62,327 bases of DNA, filler included, from Aduncisulcus paluster (GCA_024181965.1; 6 parts of 6 records of this genome joined end to end with filler, not necessarily neighbours in it); one strand, 5' to 3'. Shown: positions 9,183-21,400, counted from the whole stretch's first letter. The notes: generated by a model not told the origin, from the letters alone. Program-made: numbers and translations.

Positions 9183-12100
9183 ATGAGTAGAGAATTACGC
9201 CATTTAGGTGTTATTGAGTATATTTTAAAAGGAAATCCGACTGTATTGGGGCCATATGATGCATCCAATGACCATCGATTAAGAAAAGTGTTATTATCAC
9301 TTCTTTCAAGGTTTTTCGATCTTTGTGAAGGGCCTCGTGCAGAAAATACAAGTGAATATTGGTCTTCAGTGGGGGTTCAATTGAAATGTGCGATTGAAAT
9401 GCTCTTCATTGAGGTGGCAGAATGTGCTGGAAGTCCACCGCATCTATCGCGAGCCTATTCATTTAGTCAATGGGCAAATGATGTTAAATATACCCAATTA
9501 GGAAAGACACGAGCATGGAATACTCTCCTTCAATTGTTTTATTCGGATAGAGCCCACCTGTGTGAATTTTTTTCTTCTCACTCAATGTATGGCTCTTCAA
9601 TCGATTCGAGGTCATTGGCTCGGTTATCTTCATTCGGTAACAGGTTTTTCTCTTTCCTCCATCATATTATTACTTCAATGTTCAACTATATAGATGTCGA
9701 AACTGGACCGAATAGTTCTCGTAGGCGAACCCTATACATCATTAGTAGTGGTCGGAGTGAGAGCCGTTCGAGCACAGGTAGTGAGTCATTCAGTCGATCT
9801 GGAACTCATAGAAGGGAAGAAATGGATGTTCCATATGGGATTGATATGGGTTCAACCGATCGCGATTCGAAACCTTTTGGTGCTTCAGCTTCAGCTTCGT
9901 CTCAGCCTCGGATGGAATACGGGTCATTCGCTTCAATGACATACAACATGTCCGTTCCATCTCATCCTGGAATGACTGGATCTGTCTTGGATCCTTCCCA
10001 TGGTCGTTCGGAGGAGCCAAGAGACCACATGTTCGATATGCCCATGTTTAAACCCAAGGGAGACTCTGGAGACGATTCTGATAAGAAAGATAAAGGGAAG
10101 AAAAGGTGTTTTGGCCAGATCTGTCTCCAAGATGTTGAGATCGTCGATAAACCCCAATACTCGTCCTCTAGCTCTGTTGAAGAAGACAAAAACGATGGAA
10201 CTGGTGCGAAGAAAGAGGAGAAGAAGAAATGGGGGTTATTTGGACTCTTGCGAAAATGTGGAACCACAGACAAAGAGATTCTTGAGCAACAATTGATAGC
10301 AAAGAAAGGAGAGTCAGAGTATTTATTGTCGGCTAAAGACGATAAAATAGACGGTCACGATGGTGATGATGACCAAGTTGATATCACAAAGCCTGTAGGA
10401 AGTGGGCCTGTTTTGCACAGTCCCGAAGTCAAGCCTGGTCCAGAGCTACCACTTCAATCTAGTAAGTCTACTGTACCTCATGGCAAACATGTGGGAGAGG
10501 TTGATTATGGGTCATTTGGTCCTCCCGTTCTGCCCTTTCCTGATATCCCTAAGGATTCCATCGAAGGACAACATTCCACTCTCACAAGCACTCCATGGGG
10601 ATCATCGGGTGCTTTCTTCCCTCCATTCAAATCCTCAATGACTCAGAGTGGAGAAGGTGGGTCTACACATAATCTTACACAGCATCCATCCTCCTCCATG
10701 CACCATTTCACTGGTGTGAGGATACCTAACCCGATGCTGGGCGATGGATTTCCTTCCAACCCTTCGACTATGATGCCAGATTACTGGGGAGATCCCAGAC
10801 AACACCCGTTGACGTCGCATGGTCATCCTTCATACGGACTAACACACCGATCCACGTATATATCTGATTCGGCTCACACTGATCCTAGTATAGCTCACTC
10901 TGATAGCACTCTCTCTTTCCTCGATGAAGACTCTTTTACTCAGCCCAGTGCCGGGGAAGGAATGCGTGCCAATCCTGATCGTTCGCATGGATATGCCGAC
11001 AAATCTCGGTTCCCTCAGCATCCGTTACAGCAACATTACTATTCTGGCTCCTCCCATATGCCCCAAGTTCCAACGGGAATGCACGGAATGGCCCATAACC
11101 CATATGGACACGCTGCTTACTCAAGACCTTGGGCCAGGGATCCCATGAACTATAGATACCCGGGACACGTTCCTTACCCACACCGAGGTATGGAACAAGA
11201 TACTGTGGCACCGATGGGAAGATATGACTCCGCATCCTCGTTGAGTGGCATGAAAGCCCCCATTCCAGGTGGTGTCAGCCTGACTTCTGATCATGGCGAC
11301 TCCCTTCATCATTCAGGAGATACTCCCCGGGGATCCGATGGACACCCTCCAAGAGGTTCTTTTCCTCAAAATGGGAGGGATTCAAAGCCTCGTCTGCTCG
11401 CCTCCCTGAGTGTTGATGTGTTCTTGAAATCTGACTTCCAGCGCCGCATCCGGAATTCATTCGCCCATGGAATTGGGGATGCGATGAATCTTCTCGTTAG
11501 AATGTGTGGCAGAAGGGTGCATGGTTCCATCAGCATGACTCTCGATGGATCCTTGAGAGCTGTCAATGATGTTAACTTGAACAACGGGATTGTCGTGTTA
11601 TGTCCTGGGAAGACAAGTGGAAGGAATGCACCGAGGCATGCTTTGTTACATTACACCTATTCCTTATCATCTCAGCTTAGAGAGAAGCTCAAATATAAAG
11701 GTGGATCCAGTGGCAGTAAGGGGAATGATGACGAGAGTTCAGAATCGAGTACCCATGTCCAAAGCCATTCCATCTCTTCGGATCATCCTTCTCACTCGAC
11801 GTCTATTGTTGATCAACACACTCATGGCAAGCGGGATGCTCTGAGCTTCGGAGATGTGTTCGTTTGTGTTATTGTCGATGGTGTGCTCGGTGAAGAGGAA
11901 ATGACACAGGCTAGGCAGGTATTAAACGTTCCAGGTAAAATCCCGATTGTGATATCGCACAGTGGAGTCGTGAAANNNNNNNNNNNNNNNNNNNNTAAAG
12001 GTGGATCCAGTGGCAGTAAGGGGAATGATGACGAGAGTTCAGAATCGAGTACCCATGTCCAAAGCCATTCCATCTCTTCGGATCATCCTTCTCACTCGAC

Positions 12101-14490
12101 GTCTATTGTTGATCAACACACTCATGGCAAGCGGGATGCTCTGAGCTTCGGAGATGTGTTCGTTTGTGTTATTGTCGATGGTGTGCTCGGTGAAGAGGAA
12201 ATGACACAGGCTAGGCAGGTATTAAACGTTCCAGGTAAAATCCCGATTGTGATATCGCACAGTGGAGTCGTGAAACATGCAGATACCGTAGCTTCTCTCC
12301 TTCCTTCTCCTGCTCTAGTGATTGACACTGAGATAATACCTAAAAATAGCCCCGTTGCGCGTAGATATGAGTGTATTGGAGAAGGGGAGTATGCCCTACT
12401 GAGCGAGGAAGTTGCTGCCAAGTTTAGAACCCGTCTTCTAAGAGGTCTCTCGTCATTTTGCGTGGTCATCTCGTATAAAGTATTGGAGGCCTTCAACAAG
12501 GGGCGACCTGGAGAGGACGAAGGCAGCGTTGGAAAGATCGTGAAAGGTACAAAATGGGAAGGAGTCATGATGAACGAAGCTCAGCTGATTTCGAGTTGTA
12601 TTTACTACTGGAGAGCCTGGGTCGTGCCTTCATTCTCTGCCGAAGTGAGGAAGAACATTGCTGATCGAGACATTGTATCACTCCTAGATATTATATCGTC
12701 TGTGCGTGGTGCACCAAGGGCTGCGGCTTCGTATTGTAAGAAACTAATTGAGAAGTCACATGCAGTTACTTGTTTGAGTGATGTATTTGGACTTTGGGCC
12801 CCAGTTGCTGCTCAACTCAACTTGAACCGTGGAATATTCATTTTCTCGACTGCTGTCGGTTGGCGCCGGGAGTTTGTCGTTCGCTGGATGAGTGGCCATT
12901 GCACTGTCGATAGTGTTGATGTGACTGGCAAAGAGTATATAAGAGATGTCGAGGAGGAAGAGCGTGTTGAGAAGAAATGTGAAGGTGAAGAGATCGGAAA
13001 GACTGTGAAATCCTTTGTCCCTCCTCATGTCTGCGTCACTCTCTTCTCTGTTAACTGCGTTTGTGTTTATTTCGTCGGACACTCACACTCACATGCACAG
13101 CGAGAGGTTTCTGTGTTCGATCCAGACATTGAGGATGAGTCCATTGTGTCTCAGGATTCTCTTCCTTCATGTTGCTGTCGAGGTGATGTGACAGACATTG
13201 GTGAAGAAATTAAGGCTTGTCTCCATCATGCCAAAAGTGTTGATTGTGTTCCGGTGCTTCTTTGTGATTCATTCTCATTGGAGGATATATATAATCTCGT
13301 GGAGGATGCTTCAATCCACCCTTGTGTTGTAATGGATACCGGATTGTGTCCTTCTTGTGAAACTTTGGCATCTAAGTCTTCATCGTTGTCCCATAGATCA
13401 TGTTCTTACACATTCTCTCCACCATCATACAGGCTTGCTCTTTGGAGGTTAACGAGTGGTCCGGGTGTATATTGTGACCTGCTTAATAGACAGATTGCTG
13501 GAGCTGTTAACAATGCCTATGCGAGGGAGAGAGATGGGATTCCGGCCGCTCTTAAGTGCAGTCGGCATGTCGAACGTGTGTCACTTCCTCTGTTCTCAAT
13601 TGGAACTATTTCTTCCATTACTCTGCCGTATATGATCACTCCTGTTCGTTGGAGAAGAGACGAAGGAGAGGAAGAGAGTACCGTAGGTTATAACATAAAA
13701 AGGGGGAGATCATCACATGCTGCCTCTTCTCATACCTCCCATTCATTTGCTGAGCTTGGGGATAGGCCTCTTATTCTCAATCAAGCCATTACGTGTATTA
13801 TTGTAAAGCAATGTGTTGTCATGCTCCAATCCCTTGTGAAGAATTGGAGTTGTGACCCTGTTCCAGCTGTCATTGGAACAGGAAGCAGAGTCATTGATTT
13901 GAGGGATAGTGTACTTGTCTTCCTTCCAGAGGGAGATTTGAGCCTCATGTTCTGTGAGAATGTGTGTGAATGTAAGATTGAGCTCACTCAGCAGTTTATT
14001 AAGGCCCATGGGCTTGAACGTCGTGTAAAGGATATTCTGGGTGGTAAAAAGGGGGAAGGAAAGATACAAATGATGACTCCACCACCGGATTCGTCATCTT
14101 ATCCCTCAACCCAATCGTCAGCCTTTGCTTCCTACTCCTCACAAGGCATTATCGTGAAGGGAAAAGATATATTTGAGTTGTTTTTGCTCTCAACAGAACC
14201 GATGAAACCTTCCTTGAATCCCTCTGTCACACATACCACAAATGTGAAGAGTGTCACCACACAAGTGGCTGAAACTGCTCGTTCTGGACGTATCCCAATT
14301 GTGATAACCGGAGATTACACAAAAGCTATGTTTAAATACCTTAGAACATACACTCATACGGCTGTAGTTATCAACAGTGGGCTCAGCTGTGTTCCAAATG
14401 AGTATATAACTGTATTTGGTAAAGATATTCATCCGTTGTGTGCTGCACCTGCTTCAAAAACAAAGGCCAGCCGTCGAAAGAGTCATGTTT
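9183..14490 (+). CDS. Large hypothetical protein (~1670 aa after removing the gap duplication), 3' truncated by the contig end
   Basis: Long open frame with an S/P/H/G-rich disordered middle and an alpha/beta C-terminal half. ATG at 9183. 11696-11975 is duplicated at 11996-12275 across a 20-N gap. Confidence 0.8.
11976..11995. other. 20-N gap with 280-nt overlap duplication
   Basis: Identical flanking copies offset by 300 nt. Confidence 0.95.
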
Positions 14491-14590
14491 NNNNNNNNNN
14501 NNNNNNNNNNNNNNNNNNNNNNNNNNNNNNNNNNTTAATTAATTAANNNNNNNNNNNNNNNNNNNNNNNNNNNNNNNNNNNNNNNNNNNN
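14491..14590. other. Artificial contig linker N44-TTAATTAATTAA-N44
   Basis: Six-frame stop spacer, identical at five sites. Confidence 0.98.
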
Positions 14591-15758
14591 GACCCTGGAC
14601 TCGTTGATTCTCGTGGTGATTTCCCCTTGAAATCTCGACGGTGATGTCGAGCACTTCCGCCACGATCGCTATCCATATCATACTCCTTCGTTGCCTTAAA
14701 AGATTGGCGTCCACTCTTGTTCCTTCTTGAACTCCTGTCCCACCCATCTACTTCCTTCATGGCATGTCTGACGACCTTCTTGATGTGGTGATTATCCATG
14801 CCTGCAGAGAGCATTTTACGATCTTCTTCAGCTCGCTCGAGTTGTTTTTTCATCAGATCAACGTCGACATGAGTCAATGGTCCAACGCCCATATACGAGA
14901 AACAAGCAAAGTCCATTTCGGGAGCGCCAGACTGAGTGTGCATCAATGGGGATGTGACACTATCGCTCCGTCGTCTGTAGGCTCCAAGAGGAGACTGGAA
15001 ATCAGAGGATGAGAGAGAGGAAGGAAGGGCAAGAGTTGATGGAGTGGGATAAGAATGGGAATCAAAGGGGTTAGAATTGGCCAGAGGAGTCAGAGAAACA
15101 CTTCCACTGGCTTCTAAGCTCGGGAGAATATCAGATGAATTCACAGACTCATCATGGAGAGGTGCAGTCAAGTTAGATGTGTCAATGATTCTGGATGTTT
15201 CCCTGGCTGAGCGACAACTGCTTTGCTTTGGAGAGGAAGGAAGAGGGAGATCAGTAGAATCGAAGGGATCTTCAAGTTCATGGATGCTTCCAGAGGAGTT
15301 GAGGATTCACCCACACCATCAAGGTGTAATCGTTTTTTGAGATTCCGCATGATGGCAGCCAACGATTCAGTATTAGACAATTTCTTAGGATATCGTCTAC
15401 TTCTACACTATTGATAGCGTTAACAATATCCAACGTATGTAGAAATCTTTCTTTTCTTTGCGAGCACATTCTTGGGCTAGGGCAATATTATCCACTCCCT
15501 GGCAGCGCCAGCCTGTTTCATCAGGCCATGCTGGCACTTCGACACCATCGAGAAAGCCTTCGGACTTATTTTCTTAAGAAAGTAAGCGAAAGCTGACGTT
15601 TTGGAATCTCGTCCACCTCTACCGGCCTTCCGAAGGTCCTGAACCCTGGAGGGATTAGCTACCTTCGGAATCATCACGAGACGCGATATATAAAGAGGAG
15701 TACCACCGTCTTCCCCATTTGCCACCTTGGTGAGCTGTTTCGCTGAATATAATTTCAT
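14591..15758 (-). pseudogene. Frameshifted histone-fold (NF-YC/NC2/CHRAC-like) gene with Ser-rich C-terminal region; truncated at the contig end
   Basis: Pieces in different frames: TPLYISRLVMIPKVANP...KISPKAFSMVSK / AQECARKEK / RFLHTLDIVNAINSVEVDDILRNCL, followed by Ser-rich ORF 15171-14591. Confidence 0.45.
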
Positions 15759-16298
15759 GGTTTTTGTAAATATTAATATCCGTTATAATGGATTATCGCA
15801 GCGATAATCGAGGCATTCATGTTTAGGCAACTTCACTAATATCCATAATGTTTGTATATAAATTACCACAATGTTATCTCAAGCACTTATAAATCAGAGA
15901 TTATAGAAACACAAAATTTGTGCGTAACACAATTACGGCAAAATTTGGGATCTGTTTCCAAATTTTGATAAAATTTATCTAGTAACTATCTAAATCCAAT
16001 TTTAGCATAACCATGTCATTATTTGGATATTGTATTTCATAAATATTATCAATAATATATTTAAAACATATTTGAGGAGTAAGGTTGAACCTTCAACTGA
16101 CGCCATTTGGACAACACTCTGAAATTTTATATCTCCAAAATCTCCATATTGTACGTTATTAATACCAATTATGCCGGGATCTATTTTCTATTTAATTTAG
16201 TTAGTCCTCATGACTAATTTTCATCACTGTCTCGTTAAAATATACCATTTCCGATAATACATGCCAAGAACATATAAATACGGATTAATACTTTACAA

Positions 16299-19200
16299 AT
16301 GGAACACGACAAAGAGGAAAAGGAAGAATTTTCGAGGTCAACTCAAAGCGATCATGACAGACGAGATGATCCTGATGATTCGGAATATACAGCATCAAGT
16401 ATCTCAATTCATGACATTCCACCGGGTAGATCTGAAAAAGAAACTGTAATTGCTCAGGGTATGGATAAAAGGAGATATTCTGAACCAGATTTTCAATCAC
16501 ACATCCATAAAATACATGACCACAGATTAGGTAGTTCGAGTTCTCGTTGGACAGATCAGTATGGTCTTCCTGGTCTTCCTTCAATCAATGCTCCTCTTCA
16601 TAATCCTTCATCTTCTGAACAACAACGATCAGGCAAATCCGATCGTGTATCCAAATCTAATGGTATAACGTTGTCATCTGCCGATTCTATCACTTCATTG
16701 TGCATCATTGACAGGGGTGGATTTGGAGAGTTGTTGCTTGTCCATGTTGGTATTAAGGGTGTTGAATCCCCATGCGTTTTGAAGAAGATGATTCATGTTG
16801 GCAGTTTAGATCTTGTTCGAAAGTGTCGAAAAGAGTTCAAAATACAACGTAAATTATACAAATGCTGTAAGAATCGTATCCCATATCCTATATTTATTCT
16901 TGATCTTCTTAATAAGGAATACAAGGGTAATTTTGGATTCGTCATGGAGTTTTGTGCTGGAGGTAATGTGAAAGAGTTTGCCAGAAGTTGGTGTCGTCTA
17001 AAAGATATATCTTCCTCAAAAGGTTTGCAGAGGAGTGGAATTGGAGAGAAAGAGGAAGAAAAAGATTCTGAAGGTTCAAGTGGCGAGTATTCTGAAGACT
17101 CAATGTCAGATCTTGATTCATTCTCTCATCATTTTGATCCCATGACTCTTGACCCTCTTAAAGTGAGTGCTCTCTGTGTTGAGATCATTGAGTGTCTGGA
17201 TGATGTATTTAAAGCTAATCCATGGTTCATTCATCGAGATATTAAACCTGAGAACTTTCTTATTAAGGTTGATTCTAAAAATAATGAGTGTTCTGTGGTT
17301 CTTTCTGATCATGGTCTCGCTCAAATCAAAAGATCCGTGATCGAATCTTCTCAATCTTCTCTTGAAAATATTTCTTCGGATTCTTCTTCCTCGAGTACAT
17401 CTCAGAAAAGTTCAAAATCATCAACAGGCCATATTTTATGCGGGACTTATGCGTATGACTCATTTGAAGCTCTTCAAGGCATGCACTCTCAAAAAAGTGA
17501 CGCATATTCCCTCGGCATTACCATTCTTGCTTTGTTCCAGTGTTGTAATCCATTCTACAACATGCGTTATTTGCTGAATGCTATTTCTTCAACTGAATTT
17601 GTTGGAAAACTCTTAGAACTGCTATCTAAGGGAATTGGTCCAAAACTCTCCAGCTCTCCTCTTTTTGCTTCAATTTTATCGATTAACAGTAAGGAGTTTG
17701 AACCTGTTTATTCATGTCTGAATGAAGTGTTCGAAGGATTGACAACTTTAGAAGTTGGCAAACGTATGAGTGTTCATGAAGCCTGTGAGAAAGTTCAATC
17801 CATCAAACCTCTTCTTCCAAAGATTGGAGAAGGGTGGGAATGTCCATCCATTGAGGATATTGTGGAGGCTCACCTTGTCAAGCATAAAGGTAATTCTGGA
17901 TGTATTGTGGAAGCAGCATCTTATGAAAGTGGATTTGATGGACAATCATCATCTCAGGGCCAAAGTGTTGCTCCTTATCAAATTCCCAAGGAACATGGAA
18001 AATTTACAAGCTCAGCAACCTTTAAATCAGAAGAAGATTTGAGGAAAAAAGACAAGAAAAAAGACGAAAACCCTCCCCAGTCACCCCAAATCATGAAACC
18101 ATATTCGATTCCTGACTTCCAAGCATTAGTTCGAGATATTCAACTCACTTCATCTCAAGCTTCTGTCAGATCACTTTTCAAGTCATCTTCTCCTCGTCTT
18201 ATGAATAATTTTGAGGATTGGAACCAAAAACAGTTCTTCTCAAACCCCATTGGAGATTCATCATCTTCTCTTGCATCTGATAGAGCTCTATTCACTCTTT
18301 GTTTCGAATGTTTATCCCTATTTGTTCAGCATGAATGTGCTAGTTCATCTTCTGGCTTTGGTGATGATGATAGTGATCGTTCTATATTGACACTTGATGA
18401 ATCCTCTCTCATGGAATTGATTGGGACATTTTTAACACCAATGATCCGAGTTGAAGCTGAATTGAGCAAGATGGATACTGCTGAAGGATCTGGTGAGAAG
18501 TGTGTCATGAGTGCAATTACAAAATCATTGGTTCGAATTGTTTCAATTGCCGAACAGAAAGTCAAATCTTTTCAAACAAAACTGAGTCCTCAAATATCTT
18601 CTGTTTGGTTAAGAATTATGAAAAGTCTAGATGCATTAGTAGATGAAATTAAGAAATGCCCTGATTCAGAATCAAAATTCAAACTCTACCATGAACATCG
18701 AGATGATATTCTTTCTGTCTTCTTTGCATTTCAATCGAAGAGAGAGATTGAAAAGCACAAGAGAGAGATTGTTCTTTGTGTTCACTGTTTAAGTTGGTTT
18801 GTTAGACATGTTATTTCTGGAAATAATATCTTTCTCCCTATTCCTGATCTGAATGATCTCATTGACACTTTCATTGGTCATCTATCAAGATGTGAGGAAG
18901 TGTTGGAAGGAGATGTTGATGAAGAGTATTGTAGGATTTGTGTGAGTTATACTTTCAAAGTTAAAGATGAAAGAGATCACTTCCTTCCAAAGATCTCTCC
19001 CACTCTCCAAAGTATTCTTGAGAGAGGAAGTAAGGAGAAGTTGGGAGAAAATATTTCTCGATATTTATTAACAACTCTCAGAAACATCTCTATCTCTCCC
19101 TCTTCTTCCATTAAATCCTCTATTATCACCCTTATCAACCCATATATCAGAGATTGGTTGAGGATATACAATGATAGTGAGTGTTATGGAAGATGGATGT

Positions 19201-20645
19201 ATATTCTATCAAAAATCACCCTTTCAAGTGATGATGAATCCCCAAACAAATCCCTCTGTTCTGAAGCTTGGCCTCTCTTCCGCCCTGTTCTTGATGTTGT
19301 CAAGAGAGAATTTGTTGGGGATAAGATTGTAGGAGATAGGTATGAATATGTTTTATTATTCTTCTCTAACTTATGTTGTGATCCATCACATGCCCTTGAA
19401 GTCTATGATAATGTTAAAGATCTGCTTGATGGGTGGTTAGTTGTTATAAAGAAGAAAGAACATAAATCAGGAATCAATTTATGGTCCAGACTAATTTCTA
19501 TGTTCTCCACGATTCCACATCTTGTTCCTAGGATATCCCCTAAATATGATCTCGATATTGACTGGTGCAAAAATAATGGGGGTCGGCGTGGAGATTATAT
19601 AAGATATCTTGAGAACTGTAATTTAATTTTCCGGTTAGATAAATTAGTCAAGGCAATCAAAAGATGCACTGATATTGAATCACTATCAAAACTCTTTGTT
19701 GAACGACGAAACGAAATTCTATCTGTTTTTCTCGCCTATCAATCAAAGAGTAAGATTAGAAGGCACAAGAGAGAGATTGTTCTTTGTGTTCACTGTTTAA
19801 GTTGGTTTGTTTGCCATGTTATTTCTGGAAATAATATCTTTCTCCCTATTCCTGATCTGAATGATCTCATTGACACTTTCATTGGTCATCTATCAAGATG
19901 TGAGGAAGTGTTGGAAGGAGATGTTGATGAAGAGTATTGTAGGATTTGTGTGAATTATACTCACAAAGTTAAAGATAAAAGGGATCACTTCCTTCCAAAG
20001 ATCTCTCCCACTCTCCAAAGTATTCTTGAGAGAGGAAGTAAGGAGAAGTTGGGAGGTAATGTTGCTATAAATTTATTAATGACTCTCAGAAACATCTCTA
20101 TCTCTCCCTCTTCTTCCATTAAATCCTCTATTATCACCCTCATCAAATCATATATCAGAGATTGGTTGAGGATATACAATGATAGTGAGTGTTATGGAAG
20201 ATGGATGTATATTCTATCAAAAATCACCCTTTCAAGTGATGATGAATCCCCAAACAAATCCCTCTGTTCTGAAGCTTGGCCTCTCTTCCGCCCTGTTCTT
20301 GATGTTGTCAAGAGAGAATTTGTTGGGGATAAGATTGTTGAGAAGGATTATTATGATGTTTTATTCTTCTTCTCAAACCTGTGTTGTGATCCCTCTCATG
20401 TTCATGAAATATATGACAACATTATAGATCTTCTCGATGGTTGGTATGAAGCTGTGAAGAAGAAGAAACATGAATGGGGAATCAGATACTGGTCTAAACT
20501 CATTTCCATGCTATCCGCTTCTCCATCTCTTGTTTCTCTCTTGTCTCCTAAATATGACACCCATATGGAGTGGTGTAAGGATAACGGAGGATGGAAGAGT
20601 GACTATTCAAAGTATTGCAATAATTGTACATCCTTTCCAAAGTGA
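16299..20645 (+). CDS. Ser/Thr protein kinase with two C-terminal 336-aa helical repeats
   Basis: IDRGGFGEL, VLKK, VMEFCAGG, HRDIKPEN, SDHGLA, CGTYAYDSFE, SDAYSLG. Tandem repeat with 1008-nt period from ~18630. Confidence 0.9.
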   Translation: MEHDKEEKEEFSRSTQSDHDRRDDPDDSEYTASSISIHDIPPGRSEKETVIAQGMDKRRYSEPDFQSHIHKIHDHRLGSSSSRWTDQYGLPGLPSINAPLHNPSSSEQQRSGKSDRVSKSNGITLSSADSITSLCIIDRGGFGELLLVHVGIKGVESPCVLKKMIHVGSLDLVRKCRKEFKIQRKLYKCCKNRIPYPIFILDLLNKEYKGNFGFVMEFCAGGNVKEFARSWCRLKDISSSKGLQRSGIGEKEEEKDSEGSSGEYSEDSMSDLDSFSHHFDPMTLDPLKVSALCVEIIECLDDVFKANPWFIHRDIKPENFLIKVDSKNNECSVVLSDHGLAQIKRSVIESSQSSLENISSDSSSSSTSQKSSKSSTGHILCGTYAYDSFEALQGMHSQKSDAYSLGITILALFQCCNPFYNMRYLLNAISSTEFVGKLLELLSKGIGPKLSSSPLFASILSINSKEFEPVYSCLNEVFEGLTTLEVGKRMSVHEACEKVQSIKPLLPKIGEGWECPSIEDIVEAHLVKHKGNSGCIVEAASYESGFDGQSSSQGQSVAPYQIPKEHGKFTSSATFKSEEDLRKKDKKKDENPPQSPQIMKPYSIPDFQALVRDIQLTSSQASVRSLFKSSSPRLMNNFEDWNQKQFFSNPIGDSSSSLASDRALFTLCFECLSLFVQHECASSSSGFGDDDSDRSILTLDESSLMELIGTFLTPMIRVEAELSKMDTAEGSGEKCVMSAITKSLVRIVSIAEQKVKSFQTKLSPQISSVWLRIMKSLDALVDEIKKCPDSESKFKLYHEHRDDILSVFFAFQSKREIEKHKREIVLCVHCLSWFVRHVISGNNIFLPIPDLNDLIDTFIGHLSRCEEVLEGDVDEEYCRICVSYTFKVKDERDHFLPKISPTLQSILERGSKEKLGENISRYLLTTLRNISISPSSSIKSSIITLINPYIRDWLRIYNDSECYGRWMYILSKITLSSDDESPNKSLCSEAWPLFRPVLDVVKREFVGDKIVGDRYEYVLLFFSNLCCDPSHALEVYDNVKDLLDGWLVVIKKKEHKSGINLWSRLISMFSTIPHLVPRISPKYDLDIDWCKNNGGRRGDYIRYLENCNLIFRLDKLVKAIKRCTDIESLSKLFVERRNEILSVFLAYQSKSKIRRHKREIVLCVHCLSWFVCHVISGNNIFLPIPDLNDLIDTFIGHLSRCEEVLEGDVDEEYCRICVNYTHKVKDKRDHFLPKISPTLQSILERGSKEKLGGNVAINLLMTLRNISISPSSSIKSSIITLIKSYIRDWLRIYNDSECYGRWMYILSKITLSSDDESPNKSLCSEAWPLFRPVLDVVKREFVGDKIVEKDYYDVLFFFSNLCCDPSHVHEIYDNIIDLLDGWYEAVKKKKHEWGIRYWSKLISMLSASPSLVSLLSPKYDTHMEWCKDNGGWKSDYSKYCNNCTSFPK
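18755..20640 (+). repeat. In-frame tandem duplication, period 1008 nt
   Basis: CACAAGAGAGAGATTGTTCTTTGTGTTCAC at 18756 and 19764; matching antisense ORFs at 18977 and 19985. Confidence 0.95.
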
Positions 20646-20999
20646 TCATCCCTGATGCTCCTTTTTGTCCAATTCCGTACTTGTCCAATTTCGGTATTTT
20701 GAAGTTTATTTTATTAAAACCGTTAAATTTGTAAATGAATACGATGTCTCACATTGTATAATCTACATTAAGAACTTTTCCACCCATCTCTTAATTCTTT
20801 CCATTGAAAATTGTCAATCTCATTACAGTTATTCAAGGTATTCTACAAACTGCTTGGAGGAATTGAAAATAGAGGATCTACAAGATTTGGATCATCACGT
20901 GGAATGGAAATAGGAATAGAATCTCTAGGTTTTGATTTATGATCTCCTTTTCTTTTCAAACTCTGGTTTCACGACTGGAGTTCCACATCATAGTCTCTC

Positions 21000-21400
21000 T
21001 TTGGATTTACGAAATGGTGTTTCATCAAAAAGTTCTTCTCTGTCAATGAAAACAATAGATTTGATATAAAAATATCTTTTCCCTTTCAGTCTTCCTTTCC
21101 CTGTAATCTCACACAGATCAACATCAGAGAGATCAACAGGAAGGAAATACCATGCAATCTATAAAATTCAGGGACGTATCTCTTGGATATCTTCTCCCCT
21201 TTTGACGATGTGAAAGTGAAGAGAAGATGCGATGGAGGTGAAGAATATCGAACAATAACGAATAATAACGAACAAGAACAAGAAAGATCCACACAGCACA
21301 ATATAGTGAGTATAATTGAACAACAATAATTAAAACATGTCTTATTATGTATTAAATGAAATAACTAACATACAGTAAATTTCGGAGTTCTTCCAAAACA
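21000..21400 (-). pseudogene. Relic of the repeat domain found in the 40174-44121 kinase gene
   Basis: YSSPPSHLLFTFTSSKGEKISKRY matches SSSPSLRFTFTDCDGKKTSKKY. EELRNLL|GTATGT at ~21373 mirrors EEQWSKA|GTATGT. Confidence 0.65.

Noticed and set aside
11696-12275. Internal protein repeat
   Set aside because: Identical overlap flanking an assembly gap.
14535-14546. TTAATTAATTAA as piggyBac target or regulatory site
   Set aside because: Synthetic six-frame stop linker embedded in Ns.
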